Shown here: positions 11,801 through 25,300 of the stretch, in pieces
Layout of the letters: every line of letters starts with the position of its first letter
Numbering within the stretch: the stretch's first letter is position 1
Source: Acanthaster planci
Lineage: Eukaryota
Direction: 5' to 3'
DNA: 64,000 nucleotides
NCBI RefSeq assembly: GCF_001949145.1
Contig: NW_019091358.1
Span: 3,692,569 to 3,756,568, forward strand
Notes under the pieces: model-generated
The model's database searches: none
The model's input: the letters and a program-made list of their open reading frames with translations, nothing else
What the model was told of the DNA's origin: nothing
Made by a program: the position numbers and the translations under genes

Positions 11801-14485
11801 TAAATGCATTAAAAAGAGTTTTAATGACGTGTAGAAGATGCAAAGTATTATACATTAAACTCTATGATGCATAACCCTAAAGTCTTCCTCTTAGCTGGTC
11901 AAAATAATTGTGATATTTTTTCCGAAAATGAAGGGGTACGAGATGTTGAAGGTGGAGAGGAACATATTTTTCGTGGCATACATGTGAGAGTGCACTCGTG
12001 TTAACAGTGTGGCAACAGACTATTCATAGAATAACACGGTCAGCATAGGAGTCAGTACCCAGACCAGAATCTTGGGTTGAATTGCAGGCTACCTTGTAAT
12101 GTGTGCACACATGTGAAGCTTAAGTTTTTAGAAAAGACAGCAACCCAGGTGCAGGCTTGTTTATTGCCGTGTCTACAATTTTCAATGTGTCAAAGAAAAA
12201 GAGATAAACACATAAAGGATTCTTCTCATGAAAGTGAGTGGATTTGATTCCTATGAAATTAACCATTTACTCATCGATGAATGAGGGTGATGGCAGGCAA
12301 CCTTGCAATGTTGCAGGGCTGCTGTGCGGTCCCAAACCTGGCCATGGTCCAGCAGCACAGTACTGCCATCACCAGCAGATGCAACACAACACAAGCAGTC
12401 AGCGAGGCTTATGCGTCACTTTTCTCAGTTCAGAGTGCTTTGCAGACGCTGGATATTTGTCAAAGCAGTCCTCAAATCCTTGGCATATTACTTTTATCTG
12501 CGACGACTGGGTCGGTTTAAAATCTGCCCTTAATGTGCTGTCTGGGAATAATCAATTCAATGCGGTATTGCACGAAAACGTCGAGACCAAGTCTCAGTGT
12601 ACGAGATTCCTGTCCAAAGCTACAAACTGCACAAGACCGGGGTATGTTTTATTTTATAACAAAAACACAACGAATCATGCACTTATACTTGATGGATGGA
12701 ACAATCAACATAGTGGACAGGAACCGCGCAAGAACACTGCATTTGAGCATGCCTCTACTACGAGACTCATGAGTAAGATACACACTGTTTACAACTATAT
12801 CTCCCATACGACGTTTTGGAGTCACTGGCATTAATACATAATGAGTGTTTCTGAAATCGGCAAAAAAGGGGGCTCACAGAAGCCCATTTTTTGGACATTT
12901 TTTCTGCCATAAATGGGAAAAGTGTTCCATTTTTCATGTTAATTTTGAAAGATAGTCTTGTCTCCAATTGTTTTTATAATTGGGGAAAGAAGGATTTCTA
13001 CCTCTTTTAGTTTAAGAGCCGTTCAGGATTGAGCCTAGGGCATTCATAATTCTTTTAATACCTGAGCCCTGATTTCTTGGACCTGCTCCTTGGTGAGGTC
13101 CGACACCTCATCATGCTCCTTGTAGATGTAGCCGATTGGCTCTTCCTCCATGGGTGTGTCAGCAGGGCTCATTTCTGGTTGGCTATCTTCTCCTGGAGCA
13201 GCTAGCTGATTCTGAAATACAAAATGCCACTGGTGAGGTAAGCCTGAACGAGCCAGTTTGCTGTCCACCAGCATATGACCCCAAAATAGGAAACATGACT
13301 AAGGTCATTTGCAAACTGCAGCACACATATGCAAGGTCTGCCCTATCAGGACAGCCATATCTTGGCTAGTACATATGCTTTGTTCTTGAATGGCCTTGCA
13401 TTTCGAAAAAACCAACTGGCTCACTGTGAAAAGTTAAAAATACCATATAATGGGCCCAAAAATATGTATGGCCTTCAATAACTTTAAGCACAGCCACTTT
13501 ATTTCACTTTAATTTAAGCTAGCCCAATGATTCGCAATTTTTATTTAAGTTAAAAACTCCCTGTCAAATAACAATCTGAACCACTTGGAAGGTATACCAA
13601 TCCTGCTGTCAGGCCAAGCCTTGCCAAGTTCCTGGCCTTGCACTCGCGGCTACACACGTCAGCTTCTGTCTGGTCGCAGATGTAGGCTCCATACCTCCCG
13701 CACATCACACAGACTGGCTCCTCATCACTGACTGGCCACCTCTGGTTCTTGCTGTATGAGACGACCTCCTCCTGTCCCTCCTCAGTGACCTCCTGATTGT
13801 GATCTTCACAGTCTGAATCTTCTGTCTCGTCCTTCTCATCCTCTGTGTCAGTTGCATCTTCTGTGACATCATCCCCGGTGTCTTTGCAAACTGCCTTTAG
13901 CCCCCCACCTCTTTTGATCCTGTCAACAGACCGTCTAATCTCAGCAATGTCAAGTAGGAGATGTGAACTGATCCCACTTCTGACACCAATATCTGTTTCT
14001 CCCTTACGGTCTTCTTTTAGCTTAACCTTCTCTGCCTCTGTCACTGAATCTGTTGTACATGTTTCATCTGCTTGCTGAAGGCATGCAGTGTCTGTTTCCA
14101 GAGAAGTAGCCCCACTACTTGTTGAAGATGTTCTATTCTCCGGTTCCTTTGATGTGCCTTCCAACACCAAAAGTGGGGATTCTGAACCATTTCCAGTATT
14201 TTGGCAAAACAGTACTATTTCATTCTTGGTGTTATCTTCAGTGAGTTTTTGAGCTCCCTTTTCAGAAATAAAAGGTGCAGTTGTTTCTGGTGCATCACGT
14301 CTCAGTACGTGTGACCCAGCACTTTCCTGACCAGCACCGCCTTGGCTATCTGTTGGGACAGAGTCACTCTCCTGGTCACGTTGAGTTTGCCCAGCAGTGT
14401 TAGCTGGATATTCAGCTTTAGCTTGTGGTCTTGATTTCACTGGCTTTGTCGCTGGTTTATGCTTCACTGCCCTCGGCACAAACAT
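2822..14485 (-). CDS. DDX59: DEAD-box RNA helicase DDX59 (zf-HIT plus helicase core), about 810 aa, 14 coding exons
   Basis: Exons on the minus strand: 14485-13598, 13211-13062, 11223-11148, 10653-10534, 9278-9126, 8243-8112, 7829-7753, 7393-7265, 6741-6638, 6538-6472, 5784-5587, 5128-5062, 3705-3486, 2873-2822. Phases are consistent and the total is 2433 nt. The protein has an MFVPR N-terminus, a HIT zinc finger ([24 protein letters not shown]), a Q motif (GYNTPTPVQ), AQTSSGKT, PSRELA, TPGR, DEVD, SAT, RGIDL, HQIGRTGR and an LPPQL tail typical of DDX59. An acceptor at 14501 implies an upstream 5'UTR exon. Confidence 0.95.
3706..5061 (-). other. U12-type (minor spliceosome) AT-AC intron in DDX59
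   Basis: On the minus strand the 5' end is ATATCCTTTCT (5061-5051). The branch site TTTTCCCTTAAC (3729-3718) lies just upstream of the ...CCGCAC 3' end (3706). Splicing restores [26 protein letters not shown] in frame. Confidence 0.93.
8637..8813. repeat. Minisatellite, 42-bp unit, about 4 copies, in a DDX59 intron
   Basis: Unit AGTATACTCGTAGTAACAGGTGTACCGGATTCTGTCACTTCA, with three near-identical copies and a diverged fourth. Confidence 0.95.
9380..9957. mobile_element. Non-autonomous PIF/Harbinger-like DNA transposon (MITE)
   Basis: Terminal inverted repeats CAGCC(A/G)ATTTCA (11/12 match), flanked by CTG at 9377-9379 and 9958-9960. Confidence 0.55.
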
Positions 14486-16199
14486 TTTGTTGGTCTGTAT
14501 CTGAAATGAAAAATGAAACAACGTTTTATATGGAAATACATGTATGTGAGCCTACAAACCAGACTCAAGTGGACCTCTCTCCCCGTAACTTCTTTACAGG
14601 TGATTTTTTTTTCAGCATTCAATTTTTCATGCCTGACTGAAAACTCAGCTCTACAGCCTATGGTGTGGGAGGATTTGCAAATTTCTCTACAAACCAGAGA
14701 GCTGGATTCTCTAAGCTAGCTAACTTGTCTATATTGTAGTCCAGCGGAATACTAACTACAGCTTTGCATATGGCCTCTTTTACCACTGGGTAATCATAAG
14801 ATCATGACCAAGCATCAAGATTCATAGGGTCCTATTCCATGGTATGATGACCAAATATCAAAACAGAGAATTTGGAGAGTCCTTACTTCAATCGTTTCAC
14901 ACCCCTCCCCTCCTGTCCAGGGCTTCCCCAGTTGTATTAGTCTGATAGTTGAAAACACACTGTCAAGTTTGGGGATCTAGAGCTGCCCAAGGTCTTAAGT
15001 CAGGTTTTGGTTACATTTTTCGAGCCCAAACGTTAGCACCAAAGATGTGATTTTGATCATGTTTGGGATGTTAATAACATAACATTAATAACATTTTCAA
15101 CACTGGTACAACACATGGAAGGGCTGTCCCACAGATCAAGATACATCGCTGCACAGGGCTTGTTTGTTTGGATCTGCATCTTGATCAGTGATCCCAAAGC
15201 ATGCAAAGCTGGTTCACACTATCCATTATAGGGAATTCTGGTGTCAGTGAACCAACTTTAGATCCCTGATCGCAAACGGGATTCGCATGAAACATGCAAG
15301 TCCATTAAGTGACAATTCCCATGTTGTGGGTGGGCCAGTCCCTGGAAAGGGTTGGAGGAAACAATGTTGATGGACGGACATGATGCCTGGAAGCCAGTCG
15401 AACCAATTTGAAAGATTTACATGTCTAGGAACTTGGGTTGTAGGCCTACGGTTAGACCACACACAGTAGTCAGTTTGATCAGAATTTTCTCTGAGACTGA
15501 AGTACCAGTTTAAAACAGCAGAATTTGGGAAGAGTTCCATCAGTCATATGGACGCCAGTAATTCTTTCCTACAGTGACTAGCTATCAGAAAGTACAAACA
15601 TGTCCCAAGGTTCAATTTAGGAGGGAAAATACAAAGTCGTTTCTTAAGAAAACACTTAAAATCTTTCAGTCCAGTCCCATAGACTTGTGCACAGGGTGTC
15701 AAGCGGCGTCCGTATACATGTATACATACAGTAAAGTTATACCAGGAAGGAAAATGGTTGTGGACAGGGTCCCATAAAAGCAGTGCTTGTCGAATAGGGA
15801 TCCCATTAGGAACAATAAGCATTATTACGAACAATACAATAATTATGACAAATTAGGATTAGACAAGAACTTAGAAGACAGTAAGCATGGTAAGACACGT
15901 AAACAACTGACCAAGCCCTGTAAGACACAAAAACTAAATGATGTTAATTAAAATTTGAATACCCACTTAGTAGTTTAACTTTATATTTACGTTTGAATGT
16001 TGTAGTATGGAACTCTCCCCCCGAATTTTTCTAGATTTCCCGGCAAAAATGTCAAGAGAGCACATTAACCTACAGCAGCACATGTCCACCTCCAAGCGCG
16101 GCCCAGCTGAGTCACAAGAAGAGGCCAGTGGCTGGTACTCTTCGTCAATGCATACAATTACAAACGAAAATTTACCAGCTAAAAAAGACCTAAAATAAA

Positions 16200-16325
16200 A
16201 GATAGACTACAAGAGATAGCGGGTGGAGAGAATGTGAAAATTATTCGCAATACGTACATTTTCTTCTTTAGAGCCATGGATTATAGAGAATAAAAACCGC
16301 ATCGCAATCGAAGTTAAGAAAATGG
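16200..16325. promoter_or_regulatory. Probable bidirectional promoter between DDX59 (-) and TIMM44 (+)
   Basis: The genes are head-to-head and the local sequence is CpG-enriched. A candidate DDX59 5'UTR-exon donor (minus strand AAT|GTACGT) sits at 16257, about 65 nt from the TIMM44 ATG. A YY1-like AAAATGGCTGC overlaps the TIMM44 start codon. Confidence 0.5.
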
Positions 16326-19300
16326 CTGCCCCCGTTGTGAAACTTGCGAGTCACGTAAGTTTATCCGTTTATTGAACTGATTCAGTAATTTTTTCAATGA
16401 TGTAAGGTAGTATTGAAAAAATACTACTAAGAGATTCATTTCACCATTTTAGGAACAGAATGAAGTTGAATTTCAAACGTGTTGGGGATGGAATTAAATC
16501 ACGTGCGTGCGACATGCCTTAGCCGGCTCTCGCCGCTATTTTGCATGGACTGCAACGCTGCATTGATTTTCATTGAAATCAAATTGTGCATGATGTAATC
16601 TTGCTATCGTCAGAGTTGTATTTGGGGGTATCATGCCGCCTCAATCAAAATAATCACTGTTAGTGTTGGATAAAAAATGTCTCACCTTCTAATTCTATCT
16701 CTCTTTTCTCTGACACATGTCTGACATGTGAGACATTCATAATGACAATTTGATATTGTCAATGGCAGGCAGGGAACCCCCATTTTTTTTATCATTTTAA
16801 TCTTTCCAAACTGCTAAGTCCCCCCAAAAAACAACGGCAACACTCTCATTGTTTCACTGACCCTATTTTATTTGGAAATTTTAAATTGTAAATTATGTTG
16901 TGAGAAAATGTGACTTTCTTACTGATAAACTAGCCATTCAAATTTGAATCCACAGTGTGTCATGTGTTTTTCTCCTCATAATTTGCCTCAAAACTCAAAA
17001 CCCTGCCCTTTTTTGACAACATCAACCATACAGTTATTGAGCATGATATCACAGTCATCTAGGGCCTACCAAGGTGAATTCAAAAGTGAAAATGTAGCTC
17101 TCCTTTCTGTTATAGGAACAAGGTCCCCACATTTACAATTTCCGATGAAATAATAAATCATAGCACTCCCCGGCTGTGTAAATTAAAACAAAGATCTTGT
17201 GAGTGCCAGTTTTCCTGGCAGATACTTACTGCATTACAATTAGACATCAGTTTAGAACTGGAAGTGCTTCTATTATTATCTATCATTTACTGAAACTTGC
17301 TCTAAGTATGAACAATGTAGAGTTTAATAATCTGGTGTTTTATTGATCAAATACATTCATGCACACATTATTAAAACACAAGAAAGCTATCCCTTTCTTT
17401 TCATGAATTTGCATTCAAATATTAAAATTAGGAAATGATATTCATATATGCGATCATAAAATATTTGGTTATTCAGATATTCGACACTTCCCTATTGAGT
17501 TGGAACAGTCATTTGACAAAACTTATTGATATTTCATATTATTACAGTGTGCCAGTGCAAAGTTATTGTGGAGAGTGCCACAGCACGCAGTAAGATTAGG
17601 CCAAGTGACAAATGGAAATGTCACACACTTGGCACAGAATCAACTGGATGTCAGACTAGTACAGGTAAAATACATAATTTGCCAATGGGCAGTGATTCAT
17701 CTGCATTTGTGGTAAACAATCAGCTATTATCATCTGTCTCAGAGATTGAAGGTGTTATCAGTCAAGTACATTGAAGATTTAACATCTAAAAAGAATAGGT
17801 CTTGAATCACATATGCTGAGACGAGCATTACATAAGAATGGATTTACTGCTTGTAGTTTAATTGAGTTCACAAAAACATTTGTTGTTTCAATTTTTGATT
17901 ATGACAAACACAAGGATATTTCAATTTCCTCCTAATTCTGCATGTATTTTGAAACTACTTGTGTATCACATTGACAAACTATTCCAATTGGTTGACTGCA
18001 CTTTTCTGTGTGGCTAGATTTGTTTATCATCCAGTGGCTACTAATCTAAAATGAAGTTCACTACATTGGACCAAAGTACTGATATCTCATGATTGTAAAC
18101 TTCTATGAAAATCGTATTTATGTTGTCTTTATTTATTGACTCTCAGGCTAGGAGTTACTCCCAACAACCACAGAGGAAAGGCTTCATAGGACAGTTCATT
18201 GAAAACATCAAACTGGACATGGCCAAGAATAAAGAGATGAAGGTTGGGGAATTTGTTCTGACTTTGTCTTTCAAATCCGCACACAGACATGAAATAATTA
18301 TTGGAAGTCTGAATTTTTTTGGTCAACCAATCTTAAGATGTTTGTGGGATAGAAAATTATCAAGTACAACCACTTGAATTGATGAGTTACTACCAAAACA
18401 TATTGACAAAGGGGATGATTAGTACTTCGAAAATATCTTTATCAAGTTGGAAAGGGGAAACTCTCTGTTTTCGTTTTGCAGGAAAACATCAAGAAATTTC
18501 GAGAGGAAGCTGAAAAACTGGAAAAGTCTGACGCTCTTCAGCAAGCAAGGAAGAAATATGTAAGTTGAACATTGTTCATCCACATGATACTTTCCCATAG
18601 CTAGGTATGCCGTATGTCACCAGAATTCTTCCAGCATGTCAGAAAGATCATTGGCATGATTGCTGTTGGTCATGTTGGTTGCCATTGATATATTGAGAAC
18701 GAAAGTGCATAATTGTTTTCAATTTCTCTATCCTTCCACAGGAAACTATTGAAATGGAAACATCCCGGGGAACTGATGCTCTGAAGAGAACGGTGTCAGA
18801 TATCAAAGATAAAGTACAGAAGGTAATGATCAGAAATTTGGGGCACGAATGACAAACTGTTCACGTGCCCTTAAGAAAGGTTAACTGTTTTGATTAACCC
18901 TAACTCCCCAGAGTGATTTACTAGGAACCATACCCATTCACACAAATTCCAACACCATAAGGTAAACTGTTGGACTCTGTTTATTGTGGGCATGCCTGAA
19001 CCTATGTTAAAGCACAAGCAGTTTAGGGGTACGGTACCCAGTGCCACAAATTCACACACTTTACACTTGTGTTCAATTCTGTGTNNNNNNNNNNNNNNNN
19101 NNNNNNNNNNNNNNNNNNNNNNNNNNNNNNNNNNNNNNNNNNNNNNNNNNNNNNNNNNNNNNNNNNNNNNNNNNNNNNNNNNNNNNNNNNNNNNNNNNNN
19201 NNNNNNNNNNNNNNNNNNNNNNNNNNNNNNNNNNNNNNNNNNNNNNNNNNNNNNNNNNNNNNNNNNNNNNNNNNNNNNNNNNNNNNNNNNNNNNNNNNNN

Positions 19301-22300
19301 NNNNNNNNNNNNNNNNNNNNNNNNNNNNNNNNNNNNNNNNNNNNNNNNNNNNNNNNNNNNNNNNNNNNNNNNNNNNNNNNNNNNNNNNNNNNNNNNNNNN
19401 NNNNNNNNNNNNNNNNNNNNNNNNNNNNNNNNNNNNNNNNNNNNNNTTAAGGGTGCAGTACCCAGTGCCACAAATTCACACACTTTACTGGTGATCAGTT
19501 CTGTGCGGTTAGGGAAGGTTAGGGTTAAGAAGAAGTTGAGGAAGCTATAGTCAGAAATACCAATGATGAAACTTCAAGTAATGACAGCAGTTTCTAATGG
19601 GTTTACTCTTACACTGCAGGGGGTGGAGGATGTACAGAAACAAGAATGGGCCAAGAAAGCAGGGAGCATCACCGAGGACATCAGCAAAACGGCCAAGGGG
19701 GCGGCAGAGAAGGTCAGCAGGCAAGGGGAGGAGCTCACCAAAACGGCCGCCTACAGGACAATCTCAGATGTGAGTAGACAAAAAATGTCAAATCAATAAA
19801 ATAAAACCCTGCTGAGTACTAAACAATAATAGTGCTTACTGAAAATAGCCAACCTGCCCAGATCTCACGTTAATTATAAGTTTCAAGGGTTGTGTTACTG
19901 TGTTCTGTGACAGAGTGTCAAAGCTGTTAAGCAGGAAATTGATGAGAGTACCACAGCAAAGGCAAGACCATACAGAGCACCTGGTAAGTGAAGTTAGTCA
20001 AGTGTCATTACACAGCAATTTGTAGAGAGTAAGCAGGATTAAGAATATTCAGTGTCCAGATCATGCTTATGATACAGAAAAGTATTCGTAGAAATTTCCA
20101 TAAGAATGTGTATGTACTAAGCAGAATTTCTAATTTGAATCTACATCAGTTTTTAAAGAATAATCAGTTGTAAAAAGTGATATTTGTCAATATTGAGTTT
20201 GATCATTGTAACTTTAACCATATGCTGCCCGGGAACCTGGTTTTGGAGACGTTGGCTTTATATGCCCAGACAGGGTGCCTGAAATCGGACAAAGGGAACT
20301 GGGCCTTGTAACAAAAGACTGCAGTCGGAACAAATGACTGAGCTGCTGGGAATTTCCAACATTTTTTCAGTTGTCAATAGAAGAGGAAATCTGTCATTGT
20401 TTTGAAGGATTATACCACTATTTGTGGCATTCAGCATGAGCAGATTACCACCGGAGACAAAAGTTCTTCAGCGCTCCAGTGATGAGCGATACAATACCGC
20501 TGCACGCTAATCTGGCCCCTATTGAAAAGACGGCAGCAGCACACTGTGCCGGTTTCGGGAACAAAAGGAAATTACGTAACACCACACAATCTGGGCTCTT
20601 CTAACAAGGCGGCAGGCCTGGTTGAAATACTCCAGCGTCAACAGATGTTGCCTGTCAGATTAGAGTAGCCACCAGACAGTTATTTGTGTAGGTGTAAACG
20701 TCCAGTAAATGAAGTTATGAATTTTTAAAGAATTTTGAAACAAACAAAAAATGAAAACTCACCCGGCACAGCAGAATCAACATAGATAAATGGCCCGGCA
20801 GGAAGTGGTTAAGATTATTGTTTTCAAAATTTAAACCCATCAGTATTGCACCAACCAGTACAAATGAAGCTGCTTGATTCTTTGGGGCTGTCTTTTCATT
20901 TAAATGTACACTTGATCTTGTTTCTTGATTCGTGAAATAGTAAAACTCCGCAAGCGAACAGATGGATTTGCAGATGGACAAGAATCAAGGAGAATATTTG
21001 AAGCCAATGAGTGAGTATCTTTAATTCTTGTTCATAATTTTTTTAATGCCATGTTAACAACTTGAGGATTTGGCTGTAGTAGAGAAATTGCTTTGACACC
21101 AGTCAGGTTTGTTAAGGAGGCAATCCATCAATGCATGTAACGAAGCACCGCGAAACTATTTAGGCCACAGACGCCATTTTCCAACTTTGGTGATTGGCAT
21201 TTCGGTCACCTTAGTTACCCAGTCAGAAATCACTCTTAGAAATTTTCCGTGTGGTTTTGTACTCAAATGGGGAAAGTTTTACAAGTTACAAAATTATTAC
21301 ATTTACAGTTATGATCTTCAACAATTCCTCTGCCCTACCCTTCTATGTAATCCAAAGTCTAAATTCTGTCTGAAGAATGCTTTGGTCATTACTGGCAATG
21401 ACGTAACTTCCATGAATATGACCAGTGGAAGTCAACTACTTCACAGGTATTATGTTACCTACTTCAGCCTAGTTTGGGAATAGCGGTTCATATATTTCAG
21501 GAGATGTTCCTTATTTGTTTTTGGTTTAGGGATGCTACGGGTATGGTTCTACACAAAGATTCCAGGTGGTACAAACAATGGAGCGAATTCAAGGAGAACA
21601 GTCATGTCTTTAATAGTAAGTATGGATCAGTGGAAATTGAGGAGATGAGCCCGTGGCAAACCCAGATTGGTTCAGTACAATTTCATTACAATGCACGTAA
21701 TAGAGGCTTGTTTTTATTTATTTTAAGAATTCAAAACAAGGATTTCTCAGAAGTGCTAATGGCATTTTTGCTCACAGATATGAAGAGATTTATCAGGATA
21801 GTGTAAGACATGTAAGTTTAAGAATTAGGGAACTTTATTTACAAAATCTGATGACTTAGAGGCCCAGACATTGCATTCCTAGCAGAACTCTTTCAGAAAG
21901 GCATTTTGCCTGTGAGAGAGATTCTAATATGATCAAACATCAAGCCCATTAACTTTTTCCATTTGTATGTTTGTGGTCACTGTAACCAGAATGCAGTTTG
22001 TGGAAGTCTGGTATTTTTCATTATTGAAAATCTGGTGAGCCCAGCTGGGTTGCAGGGGTGCAATGGGTTAACCAATGTGCTGAATGGAGCTACTGTGTTC
22101 ATTTCTCAGTTGTTTCACTGCTTGAGCAAATATCATTTTACTAGTGACAGATAAAAAATATCACCAAGAAATTTACCAATATGGGTGTGCTGTCAAATAT
22201 ACGTGTTTTCAACTGTTGTTAAGAGTTGAATATCAGAAAGTCTGGACAAATATCCACATTAATTCCGCTGAAAATGAGACTATGGCCACCAATTCAATCA

Positions 22301-25300
22301 AATTACTGATGAAAAGGTTTCTCTTTATAAATTTCAACCATCTTTCTCCTGCCCCAGAAATGTTTGACTTGAAAATGCGGTATGACGAGAGCGACAACGT
22401 GGTAGTGCGGGCTTCCAGGGCAGTCACCGACAAAGTCAGCCAGCTTCTAGGTGAGCTTTCTCTCTGCCTTGTCCAAATTATTTGGCTACTGCAGGCCGTC
22501 GTGCACAAGTCTGTGAGAAATGGCAACAGTCACTAGCTAATGGCTCTCATAGGCACGTGAGCTATATCTAGCCTTAGTCATCATCAAGTCCTTCTCCCTC
22601 ACTCTCATACTTGCTTTCATAATTGCTCTATTTGCATAATTGCTCTACTTGCATAATTGCTCTACTTGCATAATTGCTCTACTTGCATAATTGCTCTACG
22701 TGCATAATTGCTCTACTTGCATGTTTGCGCTACTTGCATAATTGCTCTAACTTGCATAATTGCTTTGATTTTAGCGAGCCCATTGGAGGCAGAAACTGTT
22801 TTGTGGAGAAGATAAAGTAGTTTGTTTTTCTAAGCTGAGCGTACACAAAATGATGTCCACCGCAGGTCATTTGGGATAATCAGATTGCATACACTAGATT
22901 AGCCCCTTTTAGTGCAGCTGCAACATTGATTGTGTACAGCGAACATATTCAGGCTGGTGCGAATACCAAATGACCTTCCCTCACTGAAACACTGAATTGT
23001 AATGTTGCCATCAAGGGAGTGTTCTTATGCCAAGTGTTCTGTCGTAGGCATGTGAATCCTTCTGAGACTGCACCGTCTGTGGTAGTTGTAGGCAATCAAC
23101 CACATAAACTGTACATTGTCCACTTGAATTTGATATTTCTCGGTGTTCAATCATTTCACTGCAGGTGGTGTATTCTCTCCAACGGAAATGTCAGAGGTCC
23201 TAACCGAAATCCTCAAGGTGGATCCACACTTTTCAAAGCAGGAATTCCTTTATTTATGTGAGCATGAAATCATACCAAATGTTCTTGAGGTAAGACTTGA
23301 AATTCCAACTGCAAAATGTGCCTAACATTTAAACTTTACAGTTGTTCAGAAAGAATTGTAACTTTCTCGTTCAAACCAAATGGATGTCATTTATTGAGAA
23401 AGTACACCGCCGTTGTCAGAGGAGGGTAGACTCAAGATCAGAGGGTCAGGGGCTCTAATCCAGCAGCTGAACGTATGCTATGTCCCTAGGCAACCCACTG
23501 TACCTCTACATTCCTTTCTCTACTCGGGCATGAAATAGTGGCGGCATTAGCAGGGCAATAACTTTTCTTGAATTAGCATCCCATCGGGGGTAGGGGGAGA
23601 AATACTTTCAGATGGTCCATGCCAAAGAAAGTGACAATAATCATTGGCCTGATAAACCCAGTGGCTTGGCACAGACTTGGCTTCATATCTTGCTATTACA
23701 GAGTGTCATATGTGGAAATGTGCTTCCTCCTATTCATAAATTTAGTCATTTAGTCAAGCCTAAGATGTACAGAAGGGGAAAGAAATTGCTGCAGACAATT
23801 TTCATTCAGCAATGTTCTCTTTTTCTAACAGGCCATGATACGAGGCGATTTAGAAGTACTCAAGGATTGGTGTTACGAAGCGGTAAGTCATTTTGCGTTG
23901 TTTTCAAGTGAGGCCAAGCACAATTTTACACAAATGTTAAGTATTTGAGTTTGTTCTTTGCCGACGAGGAAATGATATTTTGAGAGATTTTAGAAGCCTC
24001 AGTTTACCGGCATTAGTTTTCCATGGCAGCCTTTTAAAAGTTTGAAGGGAAATGTCTTACTATATTTGTATTGATACAGATTAGATTTTCTTTTCTCTGT
24101 TCACAGCCGTATAGCCAGCTTGCCACACCAATCAAACAAGCTAAAGCAATGGGCTATATGTTTGATAATAAAATTCTGGATATCGATAACTTAGATGTAA
24201 GTATTGTCTCGCAGGTGTAGTTTTAATGATCCTGTCTCCTTGTCATCGTATCAGAAAACTCTTAATGCATCTAAGAATTAGGATTGTATTCCCTGCATTT
24301 GTAGGTCAGCTTTCCATGGCTTCCATTTCATAAAACTCTTCCACAGAGAGAATTTTTTGTGAGCTGGTTCATACTTGGCACAAGAGCAAACACGAATGTG
24401 GAATTCTGATCAGTCAAATATTCATTCTGTGACTTTGCAAAAGTTGAATGCATTTCAACAAAATGCAAAACAAATGTTTTGTGACGTCAAATTTGTTCCA
24501 CTTTAGTGTTCGTCTGAAGCATGGAGTTCATCTGAGGACCAGTATGTCACATCGCACAGCACTCTGGTTATCAGTTTTGGCAAACCGAATCCCTGTGTTC
24601 TGCAAATTTATTTTAAAAATTGCTTCTTCTTGCTTCCTGAAATTCATTCAGCTCAATGAAATAGACGTCTCTGTACTGATGATGTCATACTGCGTTTATG
24701 TGTGTGCTTTCCCATGATGCTCAGTGGACCATGGGCCTCCACTGGCCCCATAGCAAAGTGCACATTCAGTCAACTCTTGTTGTAATGAACACTGTTGTGA
24801 CAAAATTCTGTAATGAAGAAAAGTTTTTGAGACTCCTCATTTCTTGATTTCTTATGTTTTTCTTTGTTTTTCCACTTCTCTTATAACAAAGCTATGATGA
24901 TAATAAAGTAATTTATCTGCTCCCCGCGACTGTGTTGTAATGAGAGTCAATTGTATACACAAAGTGTGACATCATCAGTACATAGGCCTATTTACCACAG
25001 GTATTTGAAGAAATGCCGACTCCACAAAAAATGTGTTACTTCCCATTTCCATTATATGTTTGGGTCCTGGACTTTGTATACAAATTAGTAATAAGGGAAC
25101 CCCAAGAAGCCATACCAATACCTACGTGAAATTTATATTTGACACTAACAGCCTCTTTTGTTTTACAGCTCTTTCTTTTCTGTATTTCCCCCCTCCCAGC
25201 TTTCTATGGGTAAGATGATGGAACAAGGTCCTGTCTTAGTCATCAGTTTCACTGCACAGCAGCTCATGGTGGTCCGCAATACTAAAGGAGAACTTGTCGA

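Noticed and set aside
12238..12834. 198-aa plus-strand ORF inside a DDX59 intron
   Set aside because: Non-ATG start, no recognisable domain or coding-like composition; probably repeat-derived sequence that is open by chance.
18986..19550. Long ORFs containing X runs (also 39298-39960)
   Set aside because: Artefacts of translating through N gaps.
22618..22764. CRISPR-like appearance of the short repeat arrays (also 8637-8813 and 38572-38680)
   Set aside because: Head-to-tail tandem repeats with no unique spacers, no cas genes, and a eukaryotic context.
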